A stretch of DNA of 64,000 nucleotides from Sphagnum compactum (Eukaryota): NCBI GenBank assembly GCA_965153455.1, contig OZ234493.1:15862213-15926212 (forward strand), written 5' to 3'. Each line of letters begins with the position of its first letter. Position 1 is the first letter of the stretch. The position numbers and the translations under genes were made by a program. Positions 11,950-23,189 of this stretch are shown here, piece by piece. The notes under the pieces were generated by a model. The model did not search any database, had not been told where the DNA came from, and saw only the letters and a program-made list of their open reading frames with translations.

Positions 11950-12900
11950 CAATGAATAGATTAAGCATGAAACAACAATATAACATTAAGTATAACACTA
12001 GTTTTGTGTGCATTTCCAAACCTTCCTTTTAATCTCACAAAATATATTTTTGAAAATTTCAAAATCATTTTCCACTATTGATTTTCCTCATTTGTGCTTC
12101 ATATTAAACAACCTCTCAAGTAGACTATGGTCAACTTTATGTGTGGGATCTGGCCTAGAACAAAAAAGAATAACCTTTGTTAACAAGTAGATAAGGTGTC
12201 AAGTTGTTTTGAAAGTTTACTATATTTGCATTAAAATTTGCAAAATTTTGAGCTTGGGTATAGATTATAGAGGTGAAAGTTGCGCAACACAAGTGAATCA
12301 TTCACATTCCTTGGCAATCTAACAAACTTTTTGTGAAATTTTTTGTATGATCCATCACCATTGGCATTACAATGTTATAACCCCATCATTTGTGATAGTT
12401 GAAATAATCTTCACAAAAAATACATCATGGGGGTTTAACAATTGTAATATGAGTTGCATTTATTGCCCCTTCAATTGATGGGATCTACCACATCAAGTTT
12501 TAAGTCCAATATGCATCATTTTTGTGTTATTTTGCCAAAAGGCCAAGATATCAATATGTGAAAAACAATATTTATCACATTGATGACTTCACACGCACAT
12601 ACATTGCCTATCAATTTACTCACAAAAAAAATTTTCATTGCATGTAAGAACATTGCAACCATGTGCCAATTTATAAATGGCACATGCCATTAGGATTTTG
12701 ATTAGGATTGTTCATTTATATTTGGCGTCCTCCTTTTTTATCAATAGGCAAATATGGTTCACAAAGTCTAATAATATGAATTTCATAATCCTAAAATTGT
12801 GTTTCCATCTTACATTGTCAAAATTTATCATTACAAATATTGAAAGCCAAGTGGTGTTCTAGATAGGACGTAATGCCCCAAATCGTAATTGAATCTTAAT
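11950..12900 (-). mobile_element. Degenerate PIF/Harbinger (HARBI1/ALP1-type DDE) transposase remnant
   Basis: Minus-strand motifs in order: LIKKEDAKYK*TILIKILMACAIYKLAHG (about 12660-12745), EGAINATHITIVKP (about 12432-12473; GAIDGTH-like), LPRNVNDSLVLR, YLLVNKGY and KSIVENDFEIFK. Confidence 0.8.
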
Positions 12901-15049
12901 TGAAAGTGCATTATATTTACATGAAGACAAATAAATGAATAGATGATATGTTAGTTTGTCTTGGTCAAAATCTCCTTTGTTATTCATATGAATCAATGCA
13001 TGTTCATTTCATTTACACTTGAAAGCAATTGGAGTGTGTGTAGAAACTAAACAACAATTGTATTAACAAGAGCACATTGAACGTTGAAATTATTCAATTC
13101 TAACATGTACAATGTGATGAACATGTAATGTTTTATGGATAAACTTAAGGGCTAACTTGAATGTTGTAGAGACTATTAGGTTAACTTGTTACATGGATGT
13201 GTATATGATTATACATGTTAGTAAAAAATTATTCAAAAAATTGACATATAACACCCAAATAGGTCTAGTCAAAAATATTATTTTACAACATTAACAATGA
13301 TGTTTGCATTCCTATAATAGTAGGTGTGCACACATGCTAATTGATGTTTGTAAATTGCAATGTTTACTTAACAATCAATAAAAAAATAACACTAGTGTTA
13401 ATGTTTGGCCTTAACACCAATGGCACATAACATTAGGTCTGACCTAACTTGTAAATAAAGACTCAATGATTTTTTTTAATTTAGATTTTAAAATCCCTTA
13501 TTTAGCATAATAATTACTCTTAAATTTGGAAAAATGTTTCAAAATGAAATTGCCTATTAAGATATATAGTGGGACATTTCATTTCGAAATGTTTTATTGT
13601 CTTTTGGGTCTCTTACACTAAAAGATATATTTACATTCAAAATTCCAATCAAGTAATACTAAAACATATTACCCAAAAAAAAATCATTACCACTGAAATT
13701 GAGAAATTGAGTGTAGTTGGGAACAAATGGAACAAGGTTGATTGCTCTATAATTAGAAAAAAAGAAGTTTTAAAGATAAATCTATAACACTAAAAAACCT
13801 TAGAAATTAATCTACTACAAGTTTATTTGGAGAAAAAAAACATTATAGACTAAATTTACACCAAGTTTATTTGAATTTTTTTTAAAACCTATTTATTAAG
13901 ACAATGACATTGGAAACAAGATTGTTTTCCTTTAAATGTCAAGGAACACAACACAAATGTTTATAATTCAAATTGAATTATAAAGTTCAACTTTTATTAC
14001 AAGTTTTTTACAAAAGTCACAAATGCAATTACACATCAATCTTTAGAGGAATCTTGCATATTTTGAGGAAAAGTGGTTACAACATTGAGTCAAAGATGGA
14101 AGGCATTATGTTAAAATTGGTTAAATTTTGGACTTGGTGCCCTCCTACGTCAGTAATAGTTGGCACAATCTTTTCATACTTGTTCATTTCATTATTAACA
14201 CAATAAAACCCTCAATGGAATTCCAATATTCTACATCAAGTTCATTTTTATTTTCAAAAATGAATTTTCCATGGGAATTGATCCCAACATTGTGACAAGA
14301 AGAAATAACCATTAGCATTTCAACTATTGCATTGTGCAAAGGCCATTTTTGCATTGGAAGAAAATTTTCTTTGTTTAAGGGCACCTTTAGTGCCATTTGT
14401 GACATGGTAAAAACATTACATGCATGCATGCACCTATTTTATATATATACACATACACACACACACAAACTCCCTTAACATAATTTTTTGTGTTGCAATG
14501 GCTAGAAATGTTCATGTCATATTTCACAATTTTCAAGACATCTAACATACATGGTATAGTTATCCTTTTCCTTGTCTTATTGGTAATATTCTTACCAATG
14601 ATAGTCAAGGAATATCTTTTATTAATATTTTTGACAACCATTGAAAAATATTATTTCCCATTTGTGTTTTGTTAAACCAAAAAGAATACCCCTTTGCATT
14701 TAACTTGGTTTTAAACAATGGGTGGTATAGAAAATCCCCAAATAATGGTCTATGAAGTATTAGACATTAAAAACATCTATCACATCCTTAATGTAATAAT
14801 TGACAACAAGCATATGATGATGAATATTATGGTGGTCAACATTGAATTTGTAATTTTTTTTTAAAAACCTTGTTGATATATGCAAAAAAAGAGAAAAAAG
14901 ATTGAAAATATATAACCAAAATAAAAGGTAAAAATACATGAAAAATCACTTGCAAACATTGAAGTTCAAACTACAAGTGAAAAAATCTACTTGACAAACA
15001 TGCTTAATTCATCTTCATGTAAAGTAAAGTTGGAATCATAAACATTTCT

Positions 15050-16230
15050 CAACTCATAAAAGGCTATATGCAAATTCAGAAAGGCCATTTATGGCCTTAA
15101 ACAAGCACATAAAGTGTGGAATGAGAGGATAAATATTTTTTTTGAAAGCATTGGCTTTAAGAGATGTTAATTAGACCATAACGTTTACACAATTTCAACC
15201 GAAAATCATGACAAAGCTTTTATTGCCTTGTATGTAGATGACCTCCTGATCTTCATTGAAGACATGTTGGTCATCAATAAGGTGAAGGAAGTTTTTCCCC
15301 ATGAGTTCGACATGAAAGATTTAGGCAAAGTTGAGCAATGCATTGGGATCCAAGTAGTTAGAGACAAAATCAAAATGACCATTAATTTCAAGTAATCAAA
15401 ATATGTGGGAAACATCCTTAGTCACTTTAGCATGGAAACCTGTAAGCCCATAAAAACACCTTCGGATGTCAATGTGAAATTAACACAAAGGAAGCAGCCT
15501 GCAATGGTACATGAGGTTGAACAAATGAAAGCAAAACCATACAAAGAAGCTATCAGTAGTTTAATGTTTGCCTTGATTGCCCCTAGGCCTAACCTTGTAG
15601 CGTTAGTAAGGATTGTGAACAAATACATGTAGAGTTCAACACTAGCAGATTAGCAAGCAGTGAAACGAATTCTCAGATACCTTTGGCACACAAGGGATTA
15701 TTGGCTTCAATAATCCAAAAAAGAAATGATCATTTCTAATTTTTGTGATGTCGATTGGGGAGGCGATCTAAATACGAGAAAATCCACCATTAGTTTTGCG
15801 TTTATTTTTTAACAATGTCATCATCACTTGGTTAAGTCGAAAAACAATCCACGGTGGCACTATCTACCATTAATGCCGAGTAGATGGCTACGTCACAAGC
15901 TAGCTATGAAGCAATTTGGCTACGAAGGTTCTTAGGTGAATTGGGTTTTAACTAAAATGATGCAACCATCGTCCCCATTGACAACCAAGGGAAGCTTGCT
16001 TTAATAAAACCCTAGTGCACCATAGAAGAACAAAACACATCGACATACCACATCACTATGTATGCGATATGGTGGCTGCATGTGAGATTAAGTTTGAATA
16101 TTGTCTTTTAGCAGACATGAACACAGACATCCTTATAAAGCTTTTGCTAGGATTGAAACATTGGCAATGCATGAAGTGGTTGGGTTTATAATATATCAAA
16201 CTAGACCCTTGAATGGGAGTGTCGAATGTC
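15050..16230 (+). mobile_element. Ty1/copia retrotransposon remnant (RT, RNase H, PPT)
   Basis: KAIYGLKQAHKVWN (about 15081), LYVDDLLI (15228), MKDLG, FCDVDWGGDLNTRKST, STVALST..AE and RTKHIDI. A PPT-like TTGAATGGGAG (16209-16219) is followed by TGTCG, the expected 3' LTR start. Confidence 0.92.
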
Positions 16231-16728
16231 AAATGGTGCATTTGAATATCACGTGAAATCATGAAAATATAGCAACTGTTGATTTAAGAGTTCCAACATG
16301 GATCAATTAAAATTATCACACCATGCATTAATTATCCAATTACTATGTAGTTGGTGGATCAAGTTTAGGATCATATCTATCCAAACAACTTAACATTTAA
16401 AATAGCTTCATACCAATTAAGAAATTACTAGAAGATCTATATATTGTTTGATGTTCTTTTGCTTTGTATGCCTTTTAATCATTTGTAATCTCCAAACACA
16501 ATTTGATCTTTTTTTACTTGTCTGCTATCCTCTCTCTTTTAGTTTGCTCAAGTTCTTCAAAATGGAGGACCTTGAAAGTTCATAATTATGACAATATAGA
16601 ATGTGTTTGTGTATCTATGGTGAAGTGTGGGAATGAAATGATGGTGAAATAAGTGATGGGTGTGGGGGCAGGGTATTAAGTTACCATTGATTTAATCATC
16701 AATTTTTTTGGCATCCATAGGTTAACAC

Positions 16729-17867
16729 CAATGTTGGGTAGTTCTCACTGGGTGACCCGGTCCTCAAACCGATTTTCACATTGAGAATCGATTATCTCAT
16801 TTTGAGTGAAAATCGGGTTGAAAATTGGTTTTAAGGTTTTCACCCATGCGAAAATCGAATAAGAAAATTGGAAACAAAAAATTCCAATTCTCATGGTCTT
16901 AAACAAGGCATAATAAACACGTTGGTCACGCTTGCCCTGTTAATAGATAAAATGTTGTACATCTACCTACTATGTCCACATTCTGAACACCAAAAAAATT
17001 CAATCCAATCTAAAAAGTCTAAACATTTTCACTAAAGAAACTAGTTCACCAGTTAACCTAATGTGAAACCAAATCCAATAAAGTAAAGCTTCCAAAAGTT
17101 GGATCTAATGCAATACTCCTTATCCTTGTGGGGGAAAGGCCCAACAAATTTGGTTCATTGGTTCTTCTTGTTATTGTATGTGTTACTTAAGGTTGTACAT
17201 TTGTTGCAAAGTAGTCGTTGATTAGTAACTAAATTTATCCTAGTTGTGATGTAGTTATTACATGCAATTAAAGTGTAACTTGTCAACAAAGTCAAACATG
17301 GTTAACTATAACCGTATATACAGTGCATACATAATATTTTATAAATATACATCTTGCAACTAATTTGCAACTATAATACAATTCCTTGATTTTTTGACGT
17401 GGCATTTTATTTATTAATTTGTCATATTTCCATGGGACAGTTGTAATGCAGTTGTATATTAATTGTTTTGGAGCTTTAATTGTAGGGTAGTCTAGTTGCT
17501 GCGAACACAATTTCTTGTAGTGATTGTTATTACTCTTATTTTATTATTATTATTATTATTACTCTTTTTCCATTGCTCTTACTTTTCTCACATGGTGTGG
17601 TTCTTTTCCTTTGATGAAGTAATTAAATTATTATTTATTTTAATTTATAAAAAATAGTAATCAAGTTGTGAAAACCGTCTGTTGTTGAATATATGAAAAT
17701 CCCTTATTTGATCATCAGTGAGTTTGAAAAAATACTAATTAATAACCTAATCGGTTTTCACCAACTTCAAAAAAATTATATATTAAAAAATTAATCAAAT
17801 TTTCATAATATCATGAATAATCGAAATTGGTCAATTTTCACAATAAAATGAGATTTGCCCAATAGTA
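16729..17867. mobile_element. hAT-type non-autonomous element with perfect 8-bp TSD, containing a nested CACTA-like end
   Basis: GTTAACAC at 16721-16728 and 17868-17875. Degenerate TIRs CAATGTTGGGTAGTTCTCA and TGAGATTTGCCCAATAGTA. Confidence 0.7.
17190..17522 (-). mobile_element. CACTA/EnSpm-like terminus with GCAACTA-type subterminal repeats
   Basis: TTTCTTGTAGTG ending at 17522 is the canonical CACTACAAGAAA TIR on the minus strand. Several GCAACTA/TAGTTGC motifs lie upstream. Left boundary approximate. Confidence 0.6.
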
Positions 17868-18240
17868 GTTAACACTATGATTGAGACCAATTTTTTCATA
17901 AATATAATTTGAAATTAACATTTAGTGTTTACATAACTTTAACCTAAGACTTGATTTTGAATCAACACTAATTGTTAGGAAAGATGATAAGTAGGTTTCA
18001 AATAGAAAGTTTTAAGTCTAGTGGGGACACTATATAAATTAAGGTTAATGAATTAACATTGAGTCATCATTGGGTTTGGTTGGGGCATATATGTTTCGTG
18101 TACCGATATGTTATGTCAAGTTAACACAAAATTAAACATTTCTTTGTTGTTTGAAAAAATTAGAAATGTATTTTATTAAATCAGATTTTTCTTGTATTAT
18201 TGCATCCTATTTGTGAGAAGCTAGGCTTTTTGCTCCCAAC

Positions 18241-18490
18241 CAATATTTCTTTTTTGTGATGCAATTGAAGTGGCAATCATCTTGTAACTTGACTTGACCA
18301 AATTTGGTTATTAACAAATATGAAAAGAAAATAATTAAATATTATTTTTTGGGCAACCTATTTGAATGTTCAAACTAGGGAATAAAAATTTATTTTAAAA
18401 ACTGAAATTCATTTTTCAAAATTTGGCAATTTTTATTCAAAAAATCATTAAATTTTCAATTACCAAAATTTTGCAAAAAAAAAGGAGTTG
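18241..18490 (+). mobile_element. Old copy of the hAT MITE found at 22462-22753
   Basis: TTTTGTGATGCAATTGAAGTGGCAATCATC matches TTTTGTGATGTAGCTGAAGTGGCAATCATC in the younger copy. Flanks CTCCCAAC and CCCTCAAC match 6/8. Confidence 0.6.
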
Positions 18491-18662
18491 CCCTCAACTT
18501 TGATAATATAATTGAGTGTATCTTAATTAGGGACTATACTACTTTTAACATAGAATCATTTTCATATAAATGCCATAAAAGGTTATTAAAATCTATGCAC
18601 ATGCAACATGCAACACGAGTAATGTGCAAGAAACCCATTTTTTATTATTGCCTTAATATCTA

Positions 18663-18916
18663 CATCATGAACTTGTCCCTTTTCATGTATACGTGCTTTT
18701 ATAACATTTTAACAATGTGTTAAGATTAAGTGCTAATGAAATGTTGGTACATTCATTGATATGATATTGTGATGACATTATAATATATTGTGATGAATAA
18801 TCATTGTATTACAAGGAAGTTACAACATTATACCAAAGATTAATCAACACTTAATCTTGAACACATTGTTAAAATGTTATAAAAAAATAGATACATAAAA
18901 AGGACAAGTTGTGATG
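18663..18916. mobile_element. Fold-back element with about 70 bp inverted arms, flanked by TA
   Basis: 18663-18732 (CATCATGAACTTGTCC...TATAACATTTTAACAATGTGTTAAGATTAAGTG) pairs with 18848-18916. Confidence 0.75.
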
Positions 18917-18927
18917 TAATTTTATTA

Positions 18928-21600
18928 GAGCATCTCCACCAAGGTACATTAAAAACCCCAACAATGGCAAAAAAATATGACGACACAAAAAAACAGTTAG
19001 GATGGCACCCCATTATTGCGCTTGCAAATTAAATACCATCGCGGTTTTGCCAAAAATCTTCTCTCCCACCTTCACATTTGAAATCAATCAACGGTACCTG
19101 CTACAACACATTGTTTACATCATCATGTGTAAAATGGCATCATTGAACATTGTTGAAACATCTGCAACAATGGACAACCTTACACACTCACAATCAAAAG
19201 CAAGAAAAGGAAAAAAAAATGTTGTAGTTAAGGAACGATAGTTGTGTTGTTCATTTCTTCAATATCACAAGACTCAATGATAAAAAATGGGCAAAAATCT
19301 ACAACATTTTGGGACTGGGTGCATAATTACTTCAACAAATCACATCCTACTAATTGTGCTCTAAGATATGCGAGGAGTTTGGAAACAAAATGGGGCATCA
19401 TTCAACATGATGTTGCCAAGTTTATAGGACACTACACAACCGTGCTTGCTCTTTGTGAATTAGGGATAGGGACTGAAGATACATAAGGAAAAGCTCTCGA
19501 CTTGTACAAGACAAAACACCCAAAGCATCAAACGTTCACCTTCATTCATGCTTGGTATGTTTTGAAAGGCATACCTTAGTGGGCTAACTTGCAAGAAGAA
19601 AGGAAGAAGACATTGTTAGTAATGAAAAGGAAGGTTAATTTTGGTGACTCCACAAACTTTGATAACGATGGGGCGTAAAGGATCGACATTGCAGGCACCA
19701 CCCCCAATATGATTCCAACTTCAATCAGCCACAAGGTTGCAAGAGTGCAAAAAAGACCAAAAGGCCAAGAAACAAATAAAAAGTAGCATCATCAAACGCC
19801 CAAGTTCACACCATCACAGACATGGCGGTAACAATTCTAGAGAGGACCCCATCATTCGAAACCAGAGTATGATGGCCCTTTTCTGCATGCTCGATGATCA
19901 GCTACAGCTTACAATCGCATGAAGAATGGGAATATTTTTGTCTTTGTAGTCAAGAAAAATTGCAGTTGTTCTAAAATCGCTTCAAACACAACAATGCACA
20001 AACCAACATAATGACACTAGAGCCAATGGAGCAACAATAGCCTCCACCCCTGGTGCAAGCATATCACTAATCACAAATATCACAAAAGTAGGAAATGATC
20101 ACAATGTTTTGGATTTAGCAAGTTAGACCCATTTACTAAAAAAATGGAAAAATGTTAGACACAACATAATGCAAAATTTGTGTAAATAAAAAAGTTTAGA
20201 GATGATTAAGGCCTTTCAATGCCTAAAGGTGATCAACTAGATCATTTCTCAAATTGTAGTATGTCGTTTGATTTTCGATTTTTTATGTGCCTTGAATGTA
20301 TATTGTAAATGTTAAAACCCTCTTCATCTGAATGCCATGTTGCAATTCAATGGTCAGTTCCAAGACCTTCCCTTGTTCATCGTCAATTAACATGTCGTGT
20401 AGTATGATGCATGCCATCAACACATCTGCAATTACAACATGATCCCACAAGCAATAAGGATTAACCACAATCTTCCACTTCAACTACAATACACCAAAAT
20501 AATGTTCAACATCTTTGCGAGCTACTCTAACTTTTTTCCTTGTGGTTCATTTATGGTGAATACAAAATAGGACCATCAAGGACAGATCCTAGCTATGAGC
20601 AAGTAGTAGCAAGGATGTACATTTCCATTTACCTTGAAATTGAAGTCGACACCTACACCTCCCAACAAATCCCAAATAAGAGGTCCTATGTAAAACATTT
20701 AGATCATTATTGCCTCATGGCAAGCCAAGATAGGTGTGCCAAATCCACAACATTTGATCTACTATTGCTTCCAAAATGATGGATTTATTCCCATCTTTAG
20801 TAGTGAAGGATCCTTACTTAGCAACAAGACAATTTTTCCAATGATAATGCATACAATCCAAGGAAACAAACATGCCCAACCACCTTCTATTTGCATTCAT
20901 TCTCATTTGTTTATCCAAATCTACTCATGTCGGTTGCTTGAGGAATTTGGGTTTAAAAACTTCCCTTATCGTTCTCACAAAAGCACTTGAGACATGCATG
21001 TGATGTGTTTTTTCTCATCTTGCAATATTCATTGCATGCATCAACAACTTGACCATATGCAAGCATGCACAAAACATTTGTGCATTTTTGAATCTAGCTC
21101 AAGCCTAGAACACTGCATGCATATATCTTCTGAACAAAATAAGGATCATGTGCACATATGCTCTCTATGATTTGAAGGAACAGTGGGCGGTGCATTTGAT
21201 ATTGTTGTTGAAAAAGGCGATCGTCATAAAATGGATGCTCTACAAAATAGTCATGCAAAATTCGAAATATTGCCAAGCGTGCATTCTCGAGCCACATTTG
21301 GTCTTCGATTAAGGATGGACCTTCCATGTTGCCTTCTTGCTTGCCGTTGAAGATTTGATACCTACAACAACATTGCAACAAACATAAGATCGATTGCAGT
21401 TTCATATTCAAGTGCTTGTGCAATCCGATCCAATAGTTGTTGTCACCATCTTGCCATCGACAATTGCAAAATAAACAAGTTGTAGAAGAGTAGAACCAAC
21501 AAAGAATGTTTGTTGTAAAGAAAGGATGTTTGGGACAAAGCTTGCAAAGGATGCTTGGGATAAAGCTTGCAAAGAAATGCATTGTTAATATCAACTTTTT
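18928..21600. mobile_element. Decayed two-gene PIF/Pong-type Harbinger element (Myb/SANT-like ORF on +, DDE transposase on -, convergent)
   Basis: TTA|GAGCATCTCCA left TIR at 18928. Plus strand about 19130-19990: SQDSMIKNGQKSTTFWDWVHNYF...RSLETKWGIIQHDVAKF...FTFIHAWYVLK. Minus strand about 20200-21330: HDYFVEHPFYDDRLFQQQYQMHRPLFLQI...DPYFVQK, RKDVEHYFGVL*LKWKIV and MACIILHDMLIDDE. Right TIR not found. Confidence 0.85.
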
Positions 21601-21864
21601 TTTTAAATGCCAAATTTTTTGTCAAAAAATGATATTAATATTCAAAAATTCAAAACTGAACTATTTTTGAAAACTTTTAGTTGATAAACCAAAAAAAATG
21701 TTCAAAATCATAGCCATTTTTTCTATCTTCTTCTATAGATGAGCACCACTTTGACACAAAAAAGAGATTTGTAGAAAAAAGGCCGATGTTGATCAAAGAG
21801 ACGAGCTTTCTATTAGTGACAAGCCGTGATGACAAGGGATGGGTGGGGTTTGCTTTGGATCCTC

Positions 21865-23080
21865 TTACTTAAGGTCTTCAATAGGGACTTAACTAAGGTC
21901 TTGTCTATGGCTATACTACGCAGAGAAGAAGATGAAGAGGAGAATGAAATTTTGTAACTAATTAAGGGCCCACATGAGGGCTGGATTAAGGATTCATGTA
22001 AGGGCTTGGACTAAGGACTCACATAAGGGCTTGTTTAAGGACCAATTGACATACGGAAGAAGAAAAGGAGAATCAAGTTTTGTGACTGACTTGCGTAAGG
22101 GTTGGACTAAGGACTCACATAATGGCCTGGATAAGGACTTGCTTAAGGGCTTGTTGAAGGGCTGATCTACTACACATGCAAGAAGATGAAGATGAGGATG
22201 GAGCTTTGTGACTAAGGACTCACAAATCACCTAAGAGCTTGTCTAAGGGTCGATCTACTACACACACAAAAAGGATGAAGAGAAGAATAGAGTTTTTAAC
22301 TAAGGACTCACATAAGAGCTGGACTACTAACTCACATAAGGGTTGGACTTAGGACTCACGGAAAGGCCTTGAATACGGACTCGCCTAAGGGCTGATCTAC
22401 CACACATGCAAGAAGATGAAGATGAGAATGGAGCTTTGTGACTAAGGACTCACATAAGAGCCAGGGTTTTTTTTTTCCAATTTTGTGATGTAGCTGAAGT
22501 GGCAATCATCCATAAGATGATATAGCCATATTTGGCTACATACTAAATATGAAAATTTTAAAAAAAAGATTCTTTCTATATTCTTGGCTACCTACTGGAA
22601 CTTATCATAAAACTTTGGGAATTTGGAAATAAAATTCTTCAAAATCTGGTGAACTTGGGTCATTTTTTCCATGAAATTTCCTTTCTATAGGTCAAAATCA
22701 TATTTTTCAGGTTGAAATTTAGCAAAATTTTCACCCCAAACAAAAAAACACTGATAAGAGCTGGACTCAGTACTACATAAAGGCCTGGGTAAGGACTCAC
22801 CTAAAGGACTTATCTAAGGGCTGGTCTGCCTACACATGAAGAAGACGAAGAGGAGAACAGAGTTTGGCGAAGAAGGACTCATACAAAGCCCTAGATAAGG
22901 ACTCACCTAATGGCTTGTCTAAGGGCCTGTCTGCTACACATGAAGAAGACGAAGAGGAGAACAGAGTTTTGTGACTAAGGACTCACATAATGCCCTAGAT
23001 AAGGACTCGACCAAGGGCTTGTCTAAGGGCCGATCGATCTACGTAGCCAAGAAGACGAAGACGAGAACGGAACTTTGTGT
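21865..23080 (+). repeat. Compound tandem array directly upstream of COG7 (about 8 units of about 90-140 bp built from about 22 bp TAAGGACTCACATAAGGGC sub-repeats)
   Basis: An AAGAAGA(T/C)GAAGA.GAGAA...TTTGTGACT core recurs at about 21925, 22056, 22180, 22272, 22410, 22838, 22942 and 23049. Confidence 0.9.
22462..22753 (+). mobile_element. 292 bp hAT-type MITE inserted in the COG7 upstream array
   Basis: Perfect 8-bp TSD ATAAGAGC (22454-22461 and 22754-22761). TIRs CAGGGTTTTTTT and AAAAAAACACTG. Confidence 0.9.
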
Positions 23081-23189
23081 TGTTTGCGGGAGCGGAGGGG
23101 TTTAGATGCGTGCGGGATTGTTGCGTCTTCCTCGCGTGCGGTGAGAGGAGAGGAGAGGGAAGAGGGGAGAGGCGTTGGGGCTGGGCACA

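Noticed and set aside
21865..23080. Repeat-spacer-like pattern and ORFs 21974-22165 and 21994-22230
   Set aside because: This is a compound tandem repeat, and the ORFs are repeat translations with no recognisable domain.
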